Positions 16,845 to 24,101 of a DNA stretch of 33,011 nt are shown here, piece after piece. A model generated the notes under the pieces. That model ran no database searches. It had not been told where the DNA came from and saw nothing but the letters and a program-made list of their open reading frames with translations. The DNA comes from a virus (lineage: Duplodnaviria > Caudoviricetes). Location of the stretch: the IMG/VR virus record IMGVR_UViG_3300037308_000710, positions 1 through 33,011 of that record; one strand, written 5' to 3'. The first letter of the stretch is position 1; every line of letters begins with the position of its first letter. The position numbers and the translations under genes were made by a program.

Positions 16845-17168
16845 TTACTGGCTTTGCGGCCCTTTGAGATAGTTCGGGCAGCTCGGGCAGGCGAGCTGAA
16901 AGCGCACCCGACTAGGGTTGCCCGGCGCGAAGGGCACGCGCTGGTAAACGACACACAGGTTTGCTGGCAGGTCGAAGCCTGCCGCCGGGCACTGCACCTT
17001 AGCGCCCAGGTAGCGCCCCCTGACTAGCCGCTCAATCGCGGTTGTCTTAGCGCCATAGCGCCCCGCCAGCACTAGCGATATCGTCGTTTCGCTGACCTGT
17101 AGGTCGCGCGCAACTGCCGCCTGGCTGCTGCCGGCCACCTCCCGCCTCAGTACCTCAAGCCACTCCAT
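16845..17168 (-). CDS. HTH transcriptional regulator typical of Mu-like early regions
   Basis: SQAAVARDLQVSETTISLVLAGRYG plus C-terminal CP...C...ACPSCP. Confidence 0.8.
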   Translation of the reverse strand: MEWLEVLRREVAGSSQAAVARDLQVSETTISLVLAGRYGAKTTAIERLVRGRYLGAKVQCPAAGFDLPANLCVVYQRVPFAPGNPSRVRFQLACPSCPNYLKGPQSQ

Positions 17169-17757
17169 CGGCCCCCCCCTGACTCAGATCTAGATCTACG
17201 CAGGTGTTGGGCTCAAAGACCGAGCCATCCGCACGAAATACCGGCGCCAGCGGCCCAGGGTTAATCGCCAGTCGATACACCCGATAGCTGCCCGTGGGGC
17301 TGCCGCTGCGGTTGGGCTGCACCACGCCGAGCAAGCCGCAACGGCGAAATTTACCCAGGTAGGTTTCTACAGTGCGCTGGCTTAAGCCGGTCAGCGCCTG
17401 GATTTGCCGGCTGTCGAACTGTCGCAGCTGCCGCATCGCCAGCCAGCAGCGGGTGATGCCGTCAAGCAGGTTGGAGTTCAGGTTCGGGTCGTCGACGCCG
17501 GTCTCCGTCGGAACCGGTGCATGGGGGCCGGTGTTCAGCACCAGGCGATACCGAGCCGACTTGTCGGTTTCGCGCGGCAGCCGCGCCTCTGTACAGGCGA
17601 CGTAATCCCACTGCTTCAGCGTTTGCACATACTTGTGAGCAGTGCCGTAGTCCTGCCTGGCATGGCTGGCCAGCTGCTTGATCGTAAAGTCCTCCAGCTT
17701 GCGCATACTGCGCCACAGCAGCATCCTGGCCTGTCGGTTTCGGGTTTGCACGGTCAT
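17155..17757 (-). CDS. Tandem winged-helix protein following MuB
   Basis: Two repeats W..MR.L..F...Q...Y...YRL..N.GP.AP. Confidence 0.75.
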   Translation of the reverse strand: MTVQTRNRQARMLLWRSMRKLEDFTIKQLASHARQDYGTAHKYVQTLKQWDYVACTEARLPRETDKSARYRLVLNTGPHAPVPTETGVDDPNLNSNLLDGITRCWLAMRQLRQFDSRQIQALTGLSQRTVETYLGKFRRCGLLGVVQPNRSGSPTGSYRVYRLAINPGPLAPVFRADGSVFEPNTCVDLDLSQGGADGVA

Positions 17758-18475
17758 AGTCTTCTATCCAAAAAAAACGGTTTATTTTTAGAGCGGTCCT
17801 TCCAGTCCTGCAGCGTCATCGGCGGATCGCCCGCCTTGCCGTAGTACTCAATGCGGGCTAGCCCGTTGGTCATGTAACCGGCGCTGCCGCCGGCTACTCT
17901 GTGCAGCTCCGCCAGCAGATCGTCGGCAATCGCCACCTCGCAGCAGGTGTCGGCCAGCGTCCTGGCGTCAGCCATACTGAGCGGCGCGAACTCCACGACC
18001 TGAGTAATGCGGCGATTCAGCTGCGGCCAGCGAGCAATCTTGGCGCGGATCAATTCCATCCCCACCAAAATCACGGGGCAGGCCGATTGCTGGAAACACT
18101 GCGCAGCGTTTCCAGCAATCGGCCTGGCGCATTGGTCTGGAATATAGCGTCGGCCTCATCGATAAAGATGGGGCGCCGGTGCAGGGTCAGCGACTCCTGC
18201 AGGCCGTCGAGCATGTCCTGATTTCGGTTCTTGGGCTCACGGCCCACCTCGACGGTCATCCGTCGCAGCATCACGTTCGGCGTCCAGAGCGGCGTTGCCC
18301 GCAAAAAGACGCCATTGTTTTTGAGGCTCAGGTAGTTGGTAGCCGTGGTCTTGCCCAGCCCACTTTCGCCATAGACCAGGCAGATTTTCTCGACCCCTTG
18401 GGGGGTTTCCCAGAGCGCCCTAAAGGCGCCCGACAGTTGCTGTACGTTTTCAGTTGTTGCTACAGTAGATCTCAT
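17754..18475 (-). pseudogene. MuB-like AAA+ transposition ATPase split by a frameshift (ORFs 18071..18475 and 17754..18074)
   Basis: Walker A GESGLGKT and Walker B IFIDEAD in the 5' part; CPVILVGM...QLNRRI...F.PLS continues in the -1 frame. Confidence 0.85.
18079..18126. repeat. 48-bp quasi-palindrome within MuB
   Basis: caggccgattgctggaaac-a-ctgcgcag-c-gtttccagcaatcggcctg; one mismatched pair. Confidence 0.95.
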
Positions 18476-18487
18476 AGTCTTGCGTTG

Positions 18488-20890
18488 TTATCCAAACCGC
18501 CTGCGGGCCTGCTCCGCTATTAGCTGCTGAGTTCTCTGGTGTTGCTCCAGTTCACTCCGCAGCTTTTCCTTTTCCATCCAGGTCATCCCGATTTCTTCGC
18601 CAATAGCGGCGAACCCGTCGGGGTCTTCCTTCATGCCCAGTTGATGCGCCGTCAAGAACGGATGCTCAAGAAAGCGCTCAACCATGTCCTGCCGCTTGCG
18701 ATCGTCCGTTTTCCAGTCGCCGCGTTTGTACTGCCAGGCAGCCCAAATCCAGCGGTCGTTCCAGAAGTCCGGCTCTTCGTCGGCAGCGGCGGGTTCAGGA
18801 GTCGGGGCCGACCTCACAACCACAAGCTGCGGTCGGTTGTCGCCTACCGGCGGCGGGGTATCCACAGCGCTGCTGAGCTCATCCCTGAGCGCTGCCGCAT
18901 GGGCAGCTGAGACTTGCTGAGCAGCGGCTTGGGTACTATGGGCGCCGACGGCCAGGTCTGGGCGCTCCTGCCACTTGGCGGCAATCTTGGCCCCCTCTTT
19001 AGCGCCGGCCTTGCTGGCCTTATGTGAGCCGCGTTGCAGCGCTTTACCGCGTTCGGCAGCAGCGATCAATTCCTTCTTGCTCAGGCAGATCTCCCATCGG
19101 GCAACGCCGTAGTAGGTCTGCATGTCGAGACTATATATATGGATCTGCCGCAGGTCGTTGCCGTCCATACACACCCGCAGCCGGTCTCCGGCACTGACCT
19201 GGGCCAGGTGCTCAGTGATATAGCGGCGAGTCTTCCAGACGATGCAGTCACGGCGAGCCGTCACCTCAGCGGAGTACACCAGGCGTCGCAGCTCGGCTGC
19301 CTCCAGTGTGGCTACGGTCGGCTGCCAGCCCCGCGCGATAAAGTCGTCGAGCCGTTCGTTCGGGCTCATGCCCTCCATGCCGACGCCGTTGTGGGGCGTC
19401 TCGTGGATTTCTTCGATCTGCTGATCCAACCACGCCTGAAATTCATCAAAGCTGGGAGCCGCTTCTAATAGATACTGCTCGCCCTTAGCCTCGCGGATCT
19501 GCTGCCGCTGCAGCACGTTATGGCCCACAAAACTCGGCTGGGTTTGCATGCGTCTCACCAGGTCGCCCAACCCCCGCTCGACATTGCCCTTCTCCTGCGG
19601 CCTGCCTGGGATGCACGGGTTGATGATGATGCCCAGCGCCTGACAGAGCGACTGCACCCGCTTGTTGATAAACTCTTTGCCGTTGTCCGGGCGGATCTCA
19701 GTCGGCACGCCCCACTCTTCGATTGCGCCCAGCAGCAGCAGCGCCGTAGTTTCGTCCTTCGGCACCGGGCTCAGCAGCACCTTGCGGCGCCGCGTCGCCA
19801 CATCCAGCACCATGCCGACTGCAAAACGCTGCGGTTGGTCAATGCCGGGCATTCTCAGCAGTACATCGTTGCGGGTAAAGTCGAGCTGCCAGCGCTGGTT
19901 CGGGGCCAGGTCTTGATCCAGCCTGCCGATCGCCAGCTCGATTTTATTGCGGTAATCTTTAGGCGACACCAGCATCAGGTACTGGGCGCGGCGCTCAGAC
20001 TGGAACCATTGCAGGTAGCGCAGCACCTGCTGATAGCTGGGGCGCATTCCCTCAGGCAGGTTTAATTTAGTAAGCCTCTTATATATATTGCGCGGCCCAG
20101 CTCCGACAATCGTCTGCTCCGACAGCAGATGCCAGACCACCTTCTCCAGCTCCTGATTAGCTCGGATTAAATTCTGTCTAGTCGGCCTGTAAAGTCCGCC
20201 TAAAGGGTTGATTGCTTTGCCGGGCAGCGTCGGCGCTTTCCTTAGCTGCCGCCAGCGGTGCAGGGTGCTGCGCGAGAGCCCCTGGCAGTGCAGCCGCACC
20301 CAGTCCGGTACGGCGATCTGTCCCCGGCAGTAGGCTTTAGCAAACGCATACTCACAGTCAGTCGCGCCGTCTACTCGATTTTTGATGCACCACGGCTCGA
20401 CTAGCTGCAGCAGCAGCGCCCGCGCCTGTTGCCGCACTTCGGCAGTGGCGCCGTCTGGTCGCTCAAAGCTATAGGCGTTTTCGAGCATCCACAGGCCGGG
20501 GCTTTCCGGCTCAGGCGAGGGAACCGGGGCGGAGATCGGCTGGGTCCCCATGTCCATATCTAGTCCGTGGCTAACTAGATTGCCGTCTCCGCCGCCGGCT
20601 TCGGCGGGTTGCGCCGAAGATGAAACCGAGGGGGGAATAGCGTTTTCCTCAACGGTCGCCCTATCAGGACGCCCCTCGGCTTCGGTCTTGTCAACCGAAG
20701 GTTCAAAGCCTAGTGCGCGCTGGGTTTCTGTGGGCAGGCTGCTGTAGTGGTATTCGCGGCCGCCGCCCTTGCCCTGCCGTGGCCGCGATAACCAGCCTTC
20801 GCGCTCAGCTTTTGCGATTATGCTTTTCCGGTGCGCTGACAAACCCGCCTGCCCTGCCAACCGAGAAACGGCGTACCACTCTTGCTTCAC
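18488..20890 (-). CDS. MuA-like DDE transposase
   Basis: N-terminal Mu DNA-binding domain (EWY...KAEREGW..R.RQGKGGG.EYHYSSLP); catalytic WQLD, RPDNGKEF and KGNVER motifs. Confidence 0.93.
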   Translation of the reverse strand: MKQEWYAVSRLAGQAGLSAHRKSIIAKAEREGWLSRPRQGKGGGREYHYSSLPTETQRALGFEPSVDKTEAEGRPDRATVEENAIPPSVSSSAQPAEAGGGDGNLVSHGLDMDMGTQPISAPVPSPEPESPGLWMLENAYSFERPDGATAEVRQQARALLLQLVEPWCIKNRVDGATDCEYAFAKAYCRGQIAVPDWVRLHCQGLSRSTLHRWRQLRKAPTLPGKAINPLGGLYRPTRQNLIRANQELEKVVWHLLSEQTIVGAGPRNIYKRLTKLNLPEGMRPSYQQVLRYLQWFQSERRAQYLMLVSPKDYRNKIELAIGRLDQDLAPNQRWQLDFTRNDVLLRMPGIDQPQRFAVGMVLDVATRRRKVLLSPVPKDETTALLLLGAIEEWGVPTEIRPDNGKEFINKRVQSLCQALGIIINPCIPGRPQEKGNVERGLGDLVRRMQTQPSFVGHNVLQRQQIREAKGEQYLLEAAPSFDEFQAWLDQQIEEIHETPHNGVGMEGMSPNERLDDFIARGWQPTVATLEAAELRRLVYSAEVTARRDCIVWKTRRYITEHLAQVSAGDRLRVCMDGNDLRQIHIYSLDMQTYYGVARWEICLSKKELIAAAERGKALQRGSHKASKAGAKEGAKIAAKWQERPDLAVGAHSTQAAAQQVSAAHAAALRDELSSAVDTPPPVGDNRPQLVVVRSAPTPEPAAADEEPDFWNDRWIWAAWQYKRGDWKTDDRKRQDMVERFLEHPFLTAHQLGMKEDPDGFAAIGEEIGMTWMEKEKLRSELEQHQRTQQLIAEQARRRFG

Positions 20891-21341
20891 CTACTCGACC
20901 TCAACCTGCATATAGACTCGCACCTGCACTCGACTGCCAACGCGAAACAGTCGCTCCTGCTCAGCCAGTACATTTATACTATCCGTGCTTTGCCGTGCCT
21001 CCCAAGCTGCGATCGCTCGCTTCCATGCCGGCGGCAGGTCGCTGACCCGCCACCGCAAGGCCTGGGTGCCTGGCGTGCGAATGGGCTCCAGGCCAATATC
21101 GAAAAGGCGCCACCTGGTTTCCTCAAAGTCCAAACCGACGGCATCGGCGATCTGCAGGGTAAGAAGTGCAGGCTCGCTGCCGGTTCTGTAATAGGGCAGC
21201 CCCTCGGCTTCGGTCTTGTCAACCGAAGGTTCAAAGCCCAGTGCGCGTTGGGTTTCTGGGGGCAGGCTGCTGTAGTGGTATTCGCTGCCGCCGCCCTTGC
21301 CCTGCCGTGGCCGCGATAACCAGCCTTCGCGCTCAGCTTTT
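20671..21341. repeat. 143-bp direct repeat (20671-20813 and 21199-21341; 4 mismatches)
   Basis: Manual alignment; encodes KAEREGWLSRPRQGKGGG.EYHYSSLP.ETQRALGFEPSVDKTEAEG in both genes. Confidence 0.93.
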
Positions 21342-21436
21342 TTAATTACGTTAGATCGATGGATGGGACGGCCGCGCAATCCAACTAACTCTGTCGTCGA
21401 GAACCACTCTTTAGTCATGCGCACCTCTTTCAGCAA
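20891..21436 (-). CDS. Standalone Mu-type DNA-binding-domain protein (MuA I-alpha/repressor-like)
   Basis: MTKEWFSTTELVGL...KAEREGW...; a degenerate second copy LRWRVSDLPPAW; real start probably the MTKEW ATG. Confidence 0.8.
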   Translation of the reverse strand: MLKEVRMTKEWFSTTELVGLRGRPIHRSNVIKKAEREGWLSRPRQGKGGGSEYHYSSLPPETQRALGFEPSVDKTEAEGLPYYRTGSEPALLTLQIADAVGLDFEETRWRLFDIGLEPIRTPGTQALRWRVSDLPPAWKRAIAAWEARQSTDSINVLAEQERLFRVGSRVQVRVYMQVEVE

Positions 21437-21686
21437 TAGCGCTTAGCTCGCCATGGATTCGCTTGATTGCAGCAGCGTCTTCAGCCCTAAGCTGCAGACC
21501 AGCTAGGAAATCATCCGCAGACAAACCTAGTCGCACAGCTTTGATGATGACCGAGACAGAAATTGAAATTTCTCCGGTGTCGCCACTTCTATCCCAGCGG
21601 CTTACCGTAGCCGGATGGACACCAAGCAACTTAGCGAGCTTTGATGGACGGGAAAACCTGATGTGCTCAACACTTAATGGGCTCAT
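21411..21686 (-). CDS. Ner/Cro-like HTH protein
   Basis: PSKLAKLLGVHPATVSRWD; first gene of the early operon, divergent from the repressor. Confidence 0.7.
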   Translation of the reverse strand: MSPLSVEHIRFSRPSKLAKLLGVHPATVSRWDRSGDTGEISISVSVIIKAVRLGLSADDFLAGLQLRAEDAAAIKRIHGELSAIAERGAHD

Positions 21687-21854
21687 AGCCTACTCTTAAA
21701 CTCCGCGTGCAATATTCCTTGTATTTATACACTCTTCCTAGTCTTACTGCAATGTTTTTTTTGCAAGGACTCAAGCACTACAGTACGCATGAACTCTGGC
21801 AGTCTTTGCTTTTTTCAGTCATAATCCTGAGCGTGTCCCTGAATTGCTAAGGCC
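21687..21854. promoter_or_regulatory. Lysis/lysogeny switch region containing LexA-like AGTAC-gcat-GAACT (21782-21795)
   Basis: AT-rich gap between divergent HTH genes; CATAAT -10-like element near 21820. Confidence 0.55.
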
Positions 21855-22100
21855 ATGGACTTCGGAGAGGCTTTGAAACGGACGTTATTTGAGGCCGGGA
21901 TATCCGCGGCCGAACTCTCTCGCCTTTCAGGCGTGAACATCACTCAGGTCCTGCAATTCAAAAATGGACGTCGTGATATAACCGCTTCAAACCTGCAGAA
22001 AATAATTGAAGCGCTCCCCTATGACGCGCGCGTCTATCTGCTAAAGCTTTCGGTTCTGGCTGATGACAAAGGATCAAATGACCAACTAACCCTCTGCTAA
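21855..22100 (+). CDS. XRE-family prophage repressor candidate (no S24 peptidase domain)
   Basis: FGEALKRTLFEAGISAAELSRLSGVNITQVLQFKNGRRDITASNLQKIIEALP. Confidence 0.8.
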   Translation: MDFGEALKRTLFEAGISAAELSRLSGVNITQVLQFKNGRRDITASNLQKIIEALPYDARVYLLKLSVLADDKGSNDQLTLC

Positions 22101-22110
22101 GAAGTCACCC

Positions 22111-22263
22111 GTGGAATTTGCAGAAGCATTACGCCAAACCATGTTTAAGTTCAGGCTGACAGGGGCTGAGGTGGCCCGAAAATGCCCGCGCTTTAGCCGG
22201 GGGAAGTTTACCTTCAGCCGCAGAGGCACCAGGGCATCACAAAGAAGTTCGGGGTTCTGTTGA
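22111..22263 (+). pseudogene. Truncated paralog of the XRE repressor
   Basis: GTG start gives MEFAEALRQTMFKFRLTGAEVARK, aligning with MDFGEALKRTLFEAGISAAELSRL; similarity is then lost. Confidence 0.6.
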
Positions 22264-22301
22264 GAATTGATCGCATTAGTCGTACAGAAGGGCAGACAAG
22301 T

Positions 22302-22372
22302 TTAGGTAATAGTTAGGTAATAGTTAGGTAATAGTTAGGTAATAGTTAGGTAATAGTTAGGTAACAGTTACC
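22302..22372. repeat. Six tandem 11-bp repeats TTAGGTAATAG
   Basis: Five exact copies plus ttaggtaacag, ending in the inverted repeat aggtaac-a-gttacct. Confidence 0.95.
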
Positions 22373-22455
22373 TCAAAAACCCTAAGTGGGGATCACTTCG
22401 AGTTAGCCAACTGTCACACTGCCTCGGTATGGGGCTTCACATTTAAGGGGGGTTT

Positions 22456-22854
22456 ATGCGCAAGTGGCTGTTCATCGTGCCTGGCCTGTGCTTGTTGATT
22501 TTGGGGCCTGCTGTCGTGGTTGGTTACCGCAATGGCGCTGGCGGTGCGCCTGCGCCTGCTGTTCAGCCATCTCCCAAGCCTCTGTTTAATGTCGATTTAA
22601 TCGCGGGTCAAACGCCGGCGGGGGTTGATGCTGTGCTGGGCGCTCCTATCGCTTCAGAGCAGGTGTCGCCTAGCAATACGCCCTGCCCTTGCCCCAAGGT
22701 CGTTTACAGGGGCGGCATTGAGGTTGTCTACATCAATGGCCGAGCCGACTGGCTCACCGTCAACCTGCCTCCCGAGCAGGTGCAAGCCGCAGGTCGTTAC
22801 GTTTCAGTCGATCGCTTCCCCAGCTACACCTACATCAAGGTCGCATCACCATAG
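22456..22854 (+). CDS. Secreted or membrane-anchored protein (prophage moron)
   Basis: MRKWLFIVPGLCLLILGPAVVVG signal/TM; GQTPAGVDAVLGAP SmpA/BLIP-like pattern; aagggggg RBS. Confidence 0.7.
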   Translation: MRKWLFIVPGLCLLILGPAVVVGYRNGAGGAPAPAVQPSPKPLFNVDLIAGQTPAGVDAVLGAPIASEQVSPSNTPCPCPKVVYRGGIEVVYINGRADWLTVNLPPEQVQAAGRYVSVDRFPSYTYIKVASP

Positions 22855-22976
22855 GCAGGGTAGTGGTAACTGTCACACTACCCTGACCGTTTCTCCATAC
22901 GTTAAAGTGATCCACACCCAAACTTTCGCGAAATTGTAAGCAATGGCCAAAACCCGCGCGGTCAGAGAAGTCCAGC

Positions 22977-23327
22977 CTAGTCCTGGGTAGTCCAGCCAGA
23001 TCCCCCAGATCCCAAACCGAGTGATCCATCACATTCTGTCTGAATGACGCGATGGATTCGCTCAGTTAGCTGAATTTTGTCTGCATCGTCTTTAGACACG
23101 ACGATGCCTGCATGGACAGAACTTTGCTTGTGTAGTCGAATAAAGTCACGTCGATTCAGGGTGAGTACGGCTCGATTCTGACGAGTTGCAAAGGCAAGAA
23201 CATCAGCATCGGGAATGCCTTGATTGGCATCGCCTGTGTCTTGCGCCGTCAAAACATTATGATCCAGTATTCTGAGGCGTTGGGTTGCCTGCAACGGAAA
23301 CTGTTCATCTGCATAGAGATCGCCCAT
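22977..23327 (-). CDS. DUF5615 PIN-like toxin with C-terminus probably replaced by prophage-end sequence
   Basis: LYADEQFP...IPDADVLAFA...RAVLTLNRRDF...HAGIVV; atypical tail CDGSLGLGSGGSGWTTQD. Confidence 0.85.
   Translation of the reverse strand: MGDLYADEQFPLQATQRLRILDHNVLTAQDTGDANQGIPDADVLAFATRQNRAVLTLNRRDFIRLHKQSSVHAGIVVSKDDADKIQLTERIHRVIQTECDGSLGLGSGGSGWTTQD
22980..23033 (-). other. Predicted prophage end (5'-TGTGATGGATCAC...)
   Basis: TG terminus; TGGATCACT recurs at 22906-22914; repeated ccagatccc; host gene is disrupted here. Confidence 0.6.
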
Positions 23328-23330
23328 GGC

Positions 23331-23657
23331 CTAAGCTTCTTCATTTTCCTGAATCACCTGGTCAATTTCGGCCGAATGAGCAGCTGCATATCTCCAAGCG
23401 TTAGCTAGATCACTAGCGCTCAAAGTGGGATAGTTTTGCAGGAGATCAGCTTCGCTGTTGCCCAGGTTGCGAGCTTGTACCAAGACCCGAACCGGAATCC
23501 GCGTATTGGCAATGCGGGCATCACCACTGCAAACGCCAGCCGTTTTTTCGATACCCGGCCAAGTATTGCTAATGCTTTGCAGCAGCAGCTGAATTGCCTG
23601 GACCTTTTCGGCTGCGCTAAGGGCCAGAAGCTGGGATTCGATTTCACGAAGGGCCAT
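23331..23657 (-). CDS. DUF433 antitoxin
   Basis: IEKTAGVCSGDARIANTRIPV...LLQNYPTLS..DLANAWRY. Confidence 0.9.
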   Translation of the reverse strand: MALREIESQLLALSAAEKVQAIQLLLQSISNTWPGIEKTAGVCSGDARIANTRIPVRVLVQARNLGNSEADLLQNYPTLSASDLANAWRYAAAHSAEIDQVIQENEEA

Positions 23658-24101
23658 GATAGCTCAAGCAGCATCCCATTATATATTCCCGATGAGCCGC
23701 TCATACTGCGAACGGCAATGATTTTGTGGGGTAATGTCCTCGACTAAGCTAAGGGTCTGATAGGAGCACTACCAGGGCGAGTCTTTAGCGCATTCGGTCT
23801 CAACGTGCTGCTGCCGAAGCGCCAGCCCGGCCCCCTGAGGTGCGCGGCCCAAACTCGATGCTGGCGTTGGATGCCCATCGCTATGGACTGGACCAGATGC
23901 CATTCAATTGAACCTTGCGAATGCCGGAAGTCACACCGGTTGCAATTATTGCACAATGGCCGGGTTGGCTGTCGGCAGGTAGCTCGACAAGATCTTGGCT
24001 GGATTCGCGGACCGGATGCAGACCAGTCGGGTACGGTTGACCGAAATGATTGCAAAAAACCTTAAGCTGGAGGGGGAAACCCGCAGAGACAGAAACGCTC
24101 C

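Larger units (their letters stand above)
1..23033 (-). mobile_element. Mu-like transposable prophage (partial; continues beyond window start)
   Basis: Gene order repressor/ner, MuA, MuB, gemA, mor, gp25-28, portal, MuF, gpG. Minus-strand TGTGATGG at 23033 marks the point where the neighbouring host gene loses its expected C-terminus. Confidence 0.92.

Noticed and set aside
16816-16846. Hairpin ccttgcag/ctgcaagg as an early-operon terminator
   Set aside because: The T-run is on the + strand, opposite to the operon's direction; function unclear.
16712-16954. 80-aa ORF
   Set aside because: It overlaps the HTH gene out of frame. A 38-aa MTTQRNR ORF in another frame is equally plausible, and neither is supported.
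12014-18475. Mu gam or kil genes
   Set aside because: No ORF in the early region shows a recognisable match.
23744-24100. RiPP precursor or other gene upstream of the P450
   Set aside because: The short ORFs on both strands show no recognisable leader or core motif.
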